A DNA stretch of 64,000 nt from Akkermansiaceae bacterium. Lineage in GTDB: Bacteria; Gemmatimonadota; Gemmatimonadetes; Palauibacterales; Palauibacteraceae. The DNA lies in the NCBI GenBank assembly GCA_964195715.1, contig CAXMRU010000280.1, positions 40 through 64,039 of the forward strand, read 5' to 3'. The position numbers and the translations under genes were made by a program. Shown here piece by piece: positions 43,136-51,510 of the stretch (position 1 is its first letter; the number at the start of each line of letters is the position of its first letter). The notes under the pieces are model-generated. The model did no database searches. It was not told where the DNA came from and saw only the letters and a list, made by a program, of their open reading frames with translations.

Positions 43136-43597
43136 TCAGGGTCGGCGAGAGGACTCAACGCGCAGCCGACCGAGAAAATTGGACACGATCCGGACGATTC
43201 GATCCCCCCGGTAGAGGTAGATGCTGCCGGGCGCCGCATGTCCGCGGGAGTTGAAACGAAGCGTTGTGGGTCGGACTCGCAGGGAGTCAACGGGAAGGTC
43301 TCCTGCCGGGCCTACCGAAGCGGCAGCCAAGCGCTCTCCAGACGGAGAAAGGACCACGAGGTCGCCGGCCGAGTCCAATCTCATCCGGATCTTCTCGCGC
43401 CTGGCGATGGCCAGCGAGCGGGCCATCGCCATGTGATTGCGAACGGACCACGACGCCGCGCGCATGCTCGAGGCTTCCCGGAAGTTCCTCATCCCGCTCG
43501 CGCTCACCGCCGTGACAGTCCCCAGAATGGTGAGGACGATGAGCATCTCGGTGAGCGTCGTGCCCACCGCGGACCGCGTGATCCGGACCTGCCGCAT
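43136..43597 (-). CDS. Minor pilin / pseudopilin, FimT/GspH-like
   Basis: 153 aa. MRQVRITRSAVG/TTLTEMLIVLTILGTVTAV has a prepilin cleavage-type motif with Glu at +5. The following SASGMRNFREASSMRAASWSVRNHMAMARSLAI resembles GspH/FimT N-domains. Confidence 0.65.
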   Translation of the reverse strand: MRQVRITRSAVGTTLTEMLIVLTILGTVTAVSASGMRNFREASSMRAASWSVRNHMAMARSLAIARREKIRMRLDSAGDLVVLSPSGERLAAASVGPAGDLPVDSLRVRPTTLRFNSRGHAAPGSIYLYRGDRIVRIVSNFLGRLRVESSRRP

Positions 43598-43669
43598 TCT
43601 CTCTCCGTCATCCGGCCGGGCGCTTCGCGAGCGGAGAGTACCTCAGCCGATCAACGCAGGATCAAGCAT

Positions 43670-43686
43670 GTTGCTGAACAGCCCTG
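43670..43686 (+). repeat. Copy of the GGTYGCTGAAsAACCCTG intergenic motif (variant)
   Basis: GTTGCTGAACAGCCCTG ends 1 nt before the stop codon complement (TCA at 43688..43690) of the last gene in the glycosyltransferase cluster. Confidence 0.55.
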
Positions 43687-43687
43687 C

Positions 43688-45676
43688 TCAAGGCGCGGGT
43701 CCGTCCAGGAGCAGGAATCGGCCGTCGCGATACACGTACGCCGTCCTGTGGGGGTAGGCATCCTCGAGCCGGCGATTCCGCCACCGCAGGTCTCGCGCAA
43801 TCACGAGCGGACCTGTCAGGCCCGGGTCCTGGTCCGGAAGGAATGGAGAGTAGTTCGCGTATCCCGCCCGGTCGTAAAAGATTTCGTCCAGGCATTCGGC
43901 AACCGGCATCTCGCCCTCGACGAGCCGCAGGGTCGGATCTCCGTTGCTCAGGCGACTCGAAGTGGGCACCACGGCGCCCACTTCTGCCAACGAGGCTATG
44001 GCTGCGCTCGTCCGGCCGCCGTCCCAGCCCTCCGCCTCCGCCCCCCGCAGCAGCAACTCGAGGGCGCAGTGATCGTTCCGCCGGTAGGCCGTTTCTGATG
44101 CGGCCGCCGGCACACCGAGACCTCGCATGCGCGCCAGCAGTCGATTTCCCCAGCTGACGGGTATGAAGACGAGCGCATCCGAAATGCCCGCGGTGCGCGC
44201 CTCCGCCGGAAGATCCACCTTCATGCTCGCGAGACCCGAGCGGTATACGTGGAACCGCCGAGGCGTGGAGTAGAGAGCCGCGTAGAGAAAACACAGCAGC
44301 AGCAGGGTGCTTACAGCGCTGGTGATCGGAACGCGGGTCAGCGAGGATCCCTCCCACAAGTTGCGATCGCGCCAGCGCCTGTACACCTCGAGCAGGCCCC
44401 TGGCCGTGAGGGGGACGAGGAAGGCCAGCCCCGAGTAGAGATAGCGCGGCCCCAGGAACGCGTCCCGGTGCCAGTAGAAGAAGTAGGCCGCGGGCAGGGC
44501 CAGGAATCCCGCGAGCAACCGGTGATCCCACTGCCTCGAGGCCCATCCCAACGCGAACAGCAGGCCCGCCGGTAGCAGCGCGGGAATCGGGCCCTCGAAC
44601 ATCAGACTGGAAAGCAAGGCCAGATCGGTCAGCTCGTTGCGAAGTCCCGCGATCGGAGTGTGCACGTCTCCCCAGGGTGTAGCATGGAATCCGAGCCCGT
44701 GATCCACGCCCCACAGCTTCATGTACCCGGGAAGCAGGGGGTCGCCTGTCGTGGCGGCGTTGTAAGCCAGATACGCAAGAACGGCCATCAGGCAGCCCGC
44801 CGCGGCCGCCGCGATCGAACGGGCATCGCGGTTCCGCCACGCGGTGTGGAGGACGAAGGGGGCCATGGCCAGTCCTACCGCCACCGCGGTAAGGGGTCGC
44901 GACAGGAACGCGGCCCCGATCGCCAGGCCCGCGCCGAGAAGGCGCCACCAGCCACCCTGCTCGTCCCACGCAGCCAGCGCATATAGGAATGCCGACACGA
45001 AGAACAGGGCCGACACGTGGTTCATGTGGCTGGCCCCCATGAACCAGAAGAAGGGCGCCACCGCCAGGAGCATGACGGTGACTCGTGCCGTGGCCGTGTC
45101 GTACACGCGGCGCGAGAATCCGAACAGAAAGGCCGCCGTCCCGAGTGAGAGCGCCACGGGCACCAGCCAGGCGGCCCGAACGAGAACGCCCATTGAGAGC
45201 AGCGCTGAATGCCCCGGTGGGTACTGAGAATACCAGCGGGAACCGTCCACCAGCATGTGCTGCACGGCGAAGAAGGCCTCGTCCACCGGCGCCACCGCGT
45301 ACAGGCGTCCGGAAGCGAAGATGCGGGCCTGGAACAGCTGGATGACGCTGTCGATCAGCAGCGGTCGGCGCGAGAACGCGAAGACCGCCGTGACCAGAAG
45401 CAACATGGCGATTGCGGCGAAGCTGCCTGCCGTGACCCGGGAACCAGGTCTCCCTTCAAGCTCCAGGGCCCGCAGTGCTCTCTCTGGAACGCTCGCCGGA
45501 ACGAAACGCGCGACAAGCAGAGTCAGCGCCCCGAACACGAACACTCCCAGCAGTGCTTCGCCGGGCGGTACGATCCCGGTGGGTCGGTTGAATTCCCCGA
45601 ACAGCGGGGCAAGAGGCACGAAGGGCACGAGAAGCAGCAGCCAACCGGCGACCCGTCCCGCGCTCCTCGCGCTCAC
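43688..45676 (-). CDS. Polytopic membrane protein, GT-C-like (ArnT/PMT-like N-terminal region) with a soluble C-terminal domain of about 200 aa
   Basis: 662 aa, at least 10 predicted TM segments by eye. The loop IDSVIQLFQARIFASGRLYAV...WYSQYPPGHS resembles GT-C first-loop regions. The GTG start makes a GTGA overlap with the upstream gene. The family call is tentative. Confidence 0.5.
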   Translation of the reverse strand: MSARSAGRVAGWLLLLVPFVPLAPLFGEFNRPTGIVPPGEALLGVFVFGALTLLVARFVPASVPERALRALELEGRPGSRVTAGSFAAIAMLLLVTAVFAFSRRPLLIDSVIQLFQARIFASGRLYAVAPVDEAFFAVQHMLVDGSRWYSQYPPGHSALLSMGVLVRAAWLVPVALSLGTAAFLFGFSRRVYDTATARVTVMLLAVAPFFWFMGASHMNHVSALFFVSAFLYALAAWDEQGGWWRLLGAGLAIGAAFLSRPLTAVAVGLAMAPFVLHTAWRNRDARSIAAAAAGCLMAVLAYLAYNAATTGDPLLPGYMKLWGVDHGLGFHATPWGDVHTPIAGLRNELTDLALLSSLMFEGPIPALLPAGLLFALGWASRQWDHRLLAGFLALPAAYFFYWHRDAFLGPRYLYSGLAFLVPLTARGLLEVYRRWRDRNLWEGSSLTRVPITSAVSTLLLLCFLYAALYSTPRRFHVYRSGLASMKVDLPAEARTAGISDALVFIPVSWGNRLLARMRGLGVPAAASETAYRRNDHCALELLLRGAEAEGWDGGRTSAAIASLAEVGAVVPTSSRLSNGDPTLRLVEGEMPVAECLDEIFYDRAGYANYSPFLPDQDPGLTGPLVIARDLRWRNRRLEDAYPHRTAYVYRDGRFLLLDGPAP

Positions 45677-47244
45677 GGTTCCTCAGCCTCGAGCGGAAGC
45701 CAGGCCGTTATCGGGCCCGACTCGAGGGGACGATAGTTGCCGGTGAGAGCGCTCCAGACGGGACGCGAGCGCCAGAAGTAAGCCATCACGATTTCCCGGG
45801 TCCCGACGCCCAGGGGTGCCGGTGCGGAACCGAGAGCGACGGTCGTGAGGGCAAAGGGAATCCGGTGACTCTCCAGGTCGGCGACCAGGCGAGAGGGATC
45901 CCACTGGCCGATCTCCTCCAGGGCCCCGAACGCGAACGGATCGTTGAGCCACGGCCGGCCGCCGCGTGCGAGGACGGCGGGGAAGAAGTGCGCGTCCACG
46001 AGGGGATACCCTTCGAACTCAGAGACACGGGCCGATCCCGCTGAGGCGAGCCACCCTTGCATGGTAGCGTACTCGCGCACGGTCGCGCGCACCGTCGTTA
46101 TGCCAATCACGGCGGCCAGGAGAACTGCCGCCGCGCCGCCGAACCATGGAAACCGTCCCCGTCCGATCTCAGCCGGCTCCGTCACCCTGCGCCGGGCCGG
46201 ATAGCGGCTCACCGCCAGTAGAAGAAGGGCAAACGTCGGCTCCAGGAGGTAGTTCACGCTCGACCCCGTTTTGAGCATCGCCACGGTGTGCAGAAGGGTG
46301 CTGCCGAGCAGATAGAGCTCCGGAAACCCGAGGCGCAGACCGCGGCGGACGGTCAGTAAGACTGCCACGACGATCGGCAGCCATTGCACGGGCTCACTCG
46401 CCGACAGGCTCGAGGTGAGATTGCTCCACCCGGAGCCCCCGGTCAGCGCGCCCAGAGTGTTGGCCAGATACCCACCAGCGGTGAGCGAATCGAGAAGGAA
46501 GACACCACACAGAGCAAAAGCCGCGAGACCCAAACCGAAAGCGGCGGCCGTCCCACGCCGGCCGATCAGGAACAGGCTGACGACGAGCGCGGCGGGCGCA
46601 GCCACGAAGCTCTGCTTCGCGAAAAACGCGAGGAAGAAGGCTGCGGCGGCGGCCAGCAGCCACCGGCTCGCCCGAATCCGGGAGGAGTGCATCCCGAGCG
46701 CAGCGGTGATTCCGACCCAGGTCCAGAACAGAGCCAGGGTATCGGCCTGCCCCCCCCCGACCAGCTGGTACACAGCGGGCGTCATCAGCACTGCTGCCAC
46801 TAGCGCCATGACCCAGAGCGGCGGCACGCGACGTACATGTGTGTGCACCGCGACGAGCACGAGCAGTCCGATCAGGGCTGCGGCGCTCACGACCCGCAGC
46901 CCCAGGAATGTCCCTCCGCTTCCGGCCCAGCGATCTACGGTCGCCGCGAGGGCGAAATACATGGGTGGATACAGCGTCAGCACGACAGGCGGTTCCACCC
47001 ACCCGTCCGCCGGGTAGAGCGCCGACAGCCCACCGCCGGCCTCCAGGGCCGCCAGGCTGCCCAGGACCGGCCCTTCCGTGTAGTAGAAGACCGTGTCGGT
47101 CCGGACCAGGCGCAGCCCCACGAAGAAGATGACGAAGCCGACCAGCGCCACGCTCAACGGCGCCAGCCACCGCCACGCAACGCTACGGGCGATCTCCGCT
47201 CCGGGCGGCCCCGGCACGACGGCGACGCCGCTCGCGTCCGTCAA
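45673..47244 (-). CDS. Polytopic membrane protein, possible GT-C-fold glycosyltransferase
   Basis: 523 aa, very hydrophobic. The N-terminal loop is FYYTEGPVLGSLAALEAGGGLSALYP...LTLYPPMYF. The TTG start at 47244 overlaps the GT2 stop (TTGA). I see no motif that is decisive. Confidence 0.4.
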   Translation of the reverse strand: MTDASGVAVVPGPPGAEIARSVAWRWLAPLSVALVGFVIFFVGLRLVRTDTVFYYTEGPVLGSLAALEAGGGLSALYPADGWVEPPVVLTLYPPMYFALAATVDRWAGSGGTFLGLRVVSAAALIGLLVLVAVHTHVRRVPPLWVMALVAAVLMTPAVYQLVGGGQADTLALFWTWVGITAALGMHSSRIRASRWLLAAAAAFFLAFFAKQSFVAAPAALVVSLFLIGRRGTAAAFGLGLAAFALCGVFLLDSLTAGGYLANTLGALTGGSGWSNLTSSLSASEPVQWLPIVVAVLLTVRRGLRLGFPELYLLGSTLLHTVAMLKTGSSVNYLLEPTFALLLLAVSRYPARRRVTEPAEIGRGRFPWFGGAAAVLLAAVIGITTVRATVREYATMQGWLASAGSARVSEFEGYPLVDAHFFPAVLARGGRPWLNDPFAFGALEEIGQWDPSRLVADLESHRIPFALTTVALGSAPAPLGVGTREIVMAYFWRSRPVWSALTGNYRPLESGPITAWLPLEAEEP

Positions 47245-48218
47245 ACCCGGTCACGTTCCTCGTGGAGCGCCTTCCGCGACGCGACGGCCCCGGTCGGCAG
47301 GTTGCGGTACCGGCCGACGACCCAGGCGGGTCTTCCCTTGGCCTCGTTGTAGATTCGGCCGATGTACTCGCCGATCACACCCACCGCGATGAGTTGTATG
47401 CCGCCCAGAAACAGGATCGAAGTCATCGTGGACGCCCAGCCGAGAATCGCCGCCCCGGAGATCAGCTTCTGGTACAGCACGTTGAGAAGCACGAGAAACG
47501 CGACACCCGACACCACGAAACCCAGGATCGTGGCAAAGCGCAGCGGCAGCTCGGAGAAGGCAAAGAATGCGTCCGTCGCCATTCGCATGAGCTTCATGGG
47601 CGATTGTCTCGGCTGACCCGCGTAACGCGGAGCGCGCTCGAATTCCACTCCAATCTGCTTTCCGCCAACGTACGCGCGCAGGCCGCTGACGTACCGATCC
47701 CTTTCCGGCATCGTGTTGATCACATCGACCACCGCGCGATCCATGAGCGAAAAATTTCCCGCGTCGGCCGGAATATCCACGTTGCTGAGTCGTCGAAGTA
47801 TCCGGTAGAACAGGCTGAACAGGAGGCGCTTCGGCAGGGCTTCTTTCCGCTCCCGCTTCACGGCGTAGACGACGTCGTAGCCCTCCTCCCACTTCCCGAT
47901 CAGCAAGGGAATCACCTCGGGAGGATCCTGCAGATCGCCGTCCAGGAGCACGACGACGTCGGCACTCGTCATGGCCAGACCGGCGGAAATGGCCAGCTGC
48001 TGCCCGAAGTTCCGGGACAGGTGAACCACCCCGACGCGCTGATCTTCGTCGGCGAAACCGGCCAGCAACTCGGGAGACCGGTCACGGCTGCCGTCATCGA
48101 CATAGATGACGCGCCAGGCGTACGGCAGGTCGCTCAATGTGTCGGTCAGGCGACTATGGAGCTCCGGCAGGATTGCCTCTTCATTGTATACGGGAACGAC
48201 TGCTTCCAGCGTCTTCAC
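47241..48218 (-). CDS. GT2-family polyprenyl-phosphate glycosyltransferase (GtrB/ArnC/DPM1-like donor synthase)
   Basis: 325 aa. VVPVYNEE, YVDDGSRD, HLSRNFGQQLAISAGL and LDGDLQDPPE. Two C-terminal TM helices end in GVIGEYIGRIYNE, the architecture typical of GtrB/ArnC-type enzymes. Confidence 0.85.
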   Translation of the reverse strand: MKTLEAVVPVYNEEAILPELHSRLTDTLSDLPYAWRVIYVDDGSRDRSPELLAGFADEDQRVGVVHLSRNFGQQLAISAGLAMTSADVVVLLDGDLQDPPEVIPLLIGKWEEGYDVVYAVKRERKEALPKRLLFSLFYRILRRLSNVDIPADAGNFSLMDRAVVDVINTMPERDRYVSGLRAYVGGKQIGVEFERAPRYAGQPRQSPMKLMRMATDAFFAFSELPLRFATILGFVVSGVAFLVLLNVLYQKLISGAAILGWASTMTSILFLGGIQLIAVGVIGEYIGRIYNEAKGRPAWVVGRYRNLPTGAVASRKALHEERDRV

Positions 48219-49825
48219 GGCTCCTCCGGATCAGGTTCGAAGGCTTCGTTCTCCTGCCATGCGTACAGGCCGACCAATTCGACTCCGTCGAGCTCTACGG
48301 CCAGCTCGGGCTTCACGTTTTCGTAGATCCGCCAGTGGTGCGGCTTGAAAGTCGATTTCCGGGCCACGAGCAGAAGGTAGTCGGGCGGCATCTGATCGGT
48401 TACCTGGATATCCTCCCGCAGCATGCCGTGCACCTGCAGCCAGCGGAGGTGCTGCACGTTCGGCCACACAGACAGGCGCGCTCCCTCCGGAATGTTCTCT
48501 TCGAGCCGCTCGATGAACGCCGGCGTGATCGCCTCCAGCCAGTATGTCGTCTCCATCCCGGCCCGGGCAGCACCACGGATTCCGCCGATGGCTTCGTTGT
48601 AGTAGGACAGGTAGAGTGGCGCCACCCGTACGGTCTGCACGTACGGTGGAAGAAAGAAGAGCCCCCCCAGTCCAAGGGACGCGAGTACCGCCCGCTGTCT
48701 CGGCAGCCGCGCCCGGACGACGCCCAGGATCGAGCCGAAGCCCCGGCCCGCCAGCAGCGCCACAAACGGGAACATGGGAAGCCACAACCGGACCCCGTCG
48801 TGATTCGGCGAGCTCGGAGAGGCCATCAGCGCCATGAAAAACAGGATCTGTGCCAGGCACAGGCCCCCGATGGGTCTCTCCTCCCATTTGCGCGCCGTGA
48901 CCGCCGTACCCCATACCGACAGCACGAGGAGCGACAGTGGGACGGTGATGAGAGTCATCACGGCCGCGTGGTGCCTGGGAAGCTGGTACGCCCACGAGTG
49001 CCCGAGGTAATAGGTCGAGATCGGGATCAGCTGGTCGCGCTCCAGACTGTCCCGGACCAGGAGCAGCGTCTCAGCGACGGGATCGTGCCACATGAGCGGG
49101 TTGAGCACCCACGCGACCACCAGCCCGCCGAGACCCCACAGAACGGCTCCGGCCACCGCCCGGCGGGATCTGCCGTAGGCGATCAGCCAGAGCAGCATCG
49201 CGATGGGAATCGTGTAACCAGTGAACTTCGTCGCGAGCGCGAGGCCGAGACCGACCGCCCCGATCGCCAGGAATCGGCCCTTCCCTTCGAGCACGTAGAG
49301 CACGAGCCCGACCGAGGCCACGAACCACGCGAACATGGTAAGCGTATCCGTGGCGCCGAGGTGAGCGTGACCGACGACCCGGGGCATGAGGAGAATCGAC
49401 AGGCCCGCGCCGACGCCGGCCGCGCCGCCCCAGGCCCAGCCCGCGAGCCATGTGACGCAGACGACAAGGAGAGCGAAGAAGCCGAGCGGCGCCAGGCGGT
49501 AGCCAACGATCTCACCGGTCCAACTGCCGAACGTCGCCTCCGTGGCGGCCATGGCGATCTTGTAGGCGGGCGGGTGAGGGTTGTAATAGCGGCGCCAGCC
49601 GAACGTCTCCCGGACCACTTCCTGACTCAGCAGGTGTTCCCGATCCGGGCCCCGAACGAGTTCTCCAGCCCAAGCCTGAATCCGGTCCACGGAATCGAAG
49701 TAGGACGGTTCGTCCCAGGTGATTCCCACGTCGTCCAGGCCGGGCAGCAGCCACGCGAACGCGAGGAAACCGAGGGCCAGACCGGCCCACAGAACGAAGC
49801 GTCTCGACCGCGGATCGGCGATCAT
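48215..49825 (-). CDS. GT-C glycosyltransferase, ArnT/PMT (GT39-like) family, paralogue A
   Basis: 536 aa from ATG 49825 (ATGA overlap with the upstream stop). The first loop is DDVGITWDEPSYF...YNPHPPAYK. It shares HAHLGATD, ATKFTG, NPLMW, HDGVRLWLPMFPF and LSYYNEAIGGIRGA with paralogue B. Confidence 0.7.
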   Translation of the reverse strand: MIADPRSRRFVLWAGLALGFLAFAWLLPGLDDVGITWDEPSYFDSVDRIQAWAGELVRGPDREHLLSQEVVRETFGWRRYYNPHPPAYKIAMAATEATFGSWTGEIVGYRLAPLGFFALLVVCVTWLAGWAWGGAAGVGAGLSILLMPRVVGHAHLGATDTLTMFAWFVASVGLVLYVLEGKGRFLAIGAVGLGLALATKFTGYTIPIAMLLWLIAYGRSRRAVAGAVLWGLGGLVVAWVLNPLMWHDPVAETLLLVRDSLERDQLIPISTYYLGHSWAYQLPRHHAAVMTLITVPLSLLVLSVWGTAVTARKWEERPIGGLCLAQILFFMALMASPSSPNHDGVRLWLPMFPFVALLAGRGFGSILGVVRARLPRQRAVLASLGLGGLFFLPPYVQTVRVAPLYLSYYNEAIGGIRGAARAGMETTYWLEAITPAFIERLEENIPEGARLSVWPNVQHLRWLQVHGMLREDIQVTDQMPPDYLLLVARKSTFKPHHWRIYENVKPELAVELDGVELVGLYAWQENEAFEPDPEEP

Positions 49826-51510
49826 CGAGTCCGGAACACCTTCATCAGCGGAACCCCTTCGAGGGAGATTTCGTACATTGCCGGCCCGCCGAACCCGTCG
49901 AGGGCGCTCTCCGTTGACCGCCACTGCGCCTCACGGTTGAGCACGAACACGAAGTCCGACTCCGCGGCCCCGTGGTCGAGGGCCACCGTCGTGAAGCTCT
50001 GCTGACCCTCGCAGCCCAGCGCGATATCGTCCGATCCGTCCGGTTTCGACAGCTGGGTCTCGAATCTCCACCCGGCGGGAACCCACCCGGTCGCCTGGTA
50101 GAAACACATCTCCTCGATGAAGAAGCCCGGGTCCACGTTCGCGTCGGACGGAATCAAACCGATCAGGTCGTCCAGGGCCGCCCGGTTCAGGACTTCCTTC
50201 AGGCCGGTCACCTCGAGGCCCTTGCGCTCGGCTCCTTCGATTCCGCCCACGAGCGCGTTGAAATAGGACAGCTGATAGGGGTGCACCCTGGCCGTACCGA
50301 ACGCCGCCGGGGCAATGAACGCCACGATCGTCAGGGCTACGATCAGGTCACGGCGGTCGGTGGCCGCCGGCACGCGCGTCCCGAGACCCTGCGTGATCCA
50401 CTCCCCGATCGCGACCGCGCCGGTCCCGGCGAGGACGCAGTAGAACGGGAACAGGGGCAGGAACAGACGGACCCCGTCGTGCATCGGAGCCAATGGAAGC
50501 GCGAGCGCCCCGTACAGGACCACCATGTTCGTCACGGCGAGTCCGCGCAGTGCACCCGAGCGCGGGGCGAACAGGCCGACGAGCGTGGCGGCGAGAAGCG
50601 ACAGCGGGAAGACGATCGCCGTCCACACGTACGGATAGTGCCAGGGAGGTCGGAACACGTAGACGGTGCCGAAGTACCGGGTGGCGATCCGCGTGTTCTC
50701 GGCCGCGGAGCGATCCAGCCCCGCATGCAGATAGTCGCGGACGCCCTGCATGGGTTCGACCCACATGACCGGGTTCACGGCGAAGAACACGAGGACGCCT
50801 GCCAGGCACAGCACGAGCAGGGCCGCGATTACGCTCCGGTTGGCCACGAGCCAGATGGCCAGCACCGGCAGCAGGAGGAGGCCCGTGAACTTCGTCGCGG
50901 CAGCAGCTCCGAAGAACAGGCCCGACGACAGGAACCAACCGGAGCCTCCCTCCTCCACGGCCACGTCGAGTGAAGCGACCGACCAGAACCAGAAGGCCGT
51001 CAGAAACAGGTCCGTGTGCGCCAGATGACCGTGTGCAAACAGCACGGGAAACGCCGGGACGGCAAGTCCCGCCGCAAGGCCGGCCGCGAGCGAGCGCGAT
51101 CGCCACGCCGTGTAGGTGCCGACCGAAGCCGTGAGGGCGGCGAACGTCAGGACCACGGCTCCGCGATACGCCAGCAGCGGATCCACGACTCCACGGAGCA
51201 CGACCCACGAGAGTCCGCTGAGCTCCCTGGAAAGCGGAGGGTGGGGGATCCGCTCGATGTACCAGCGCCAGTGCTCGAACACGCGATCCTGGTTGAGGAC
51301 CATCGTCGGCTCACCATCCAGCAGCGCGGTCAGCAGATCGCGCGCCCAGGCCAACTGCCGCAGAGAGCTGTAGAAGTAGTTGCCCACGTCGCTGGCGATG
51401 CCATAGTCGATGGCGGTCAGCGCCGTGACGGAAAGCGAAACCACGAACAGTCCGAACGCGAGCCACCGCAGGGCGATCGCCGGGGGGCGCTTCTTCCTTC
51501 GTGCTCTCAC
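49822..51510 (-). CDS. GT-C glycosyltransferase, ArnT/PMT (GT39-like) family, paralogue B
   Basis: 562 aa from GTG 51510 (GTGA overlap with the YfhO-like stop). IASDVGNYF...IERIPHPPLSR. It shares HGHLAHTD, ATKFTG, NPVMW, HDGVRLFLPLFPF and LSYFNALVGGIEGA with paralogue A. Confidence 0.7.
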   Translation of the reverse strand: MRARRKKRPPAIALRWLAFGLFVVSLSVTALTAIDYGIASDVGNYFYSSLRQLAWARDLLTALLDGEPTMVLNQDRVFEHWRWYIERIPHPPLSRELSGLSWVVLRGVVDPLLAYRGAVVLTFAALTASVGTYTAWRSRSLAAGLAAGLAVPAFPVLFAHGHLAHTDLFLTAFWFWSVASLDVAVEEGGSGWFLSSGLFFGAAAATKFTGLLLLPVLAIWLVANRSVIAALLVLCLAGVLVFFAVNPVMWVEPMQGVRDYLHAGLDRSAAENTRIATRYFGTVYVFRPPWHYPYVWTAIVFPLSLLAATLVGLFAPRSGALRGLAVTNMVVLYGALALPLAPMHDGVRLFLPLFPFYCVLAGTGAVAIGEWITQGLGTRVPAATDRRDLIVALTIVAFIAPAAFGTARVHPYQLSYFNALVGGIEGAERKGLEVTGLKEVLNRAALDDLIGLIPSDANVDPGFFIEEMCFYQATGWVPAGWRFETQLSKPDGSDDIALGCEGQQSFTTVALDHGAAESDFVFVLNREAQWRSTESALDGFGGPAMYEISLEGVPLMKVFRTR

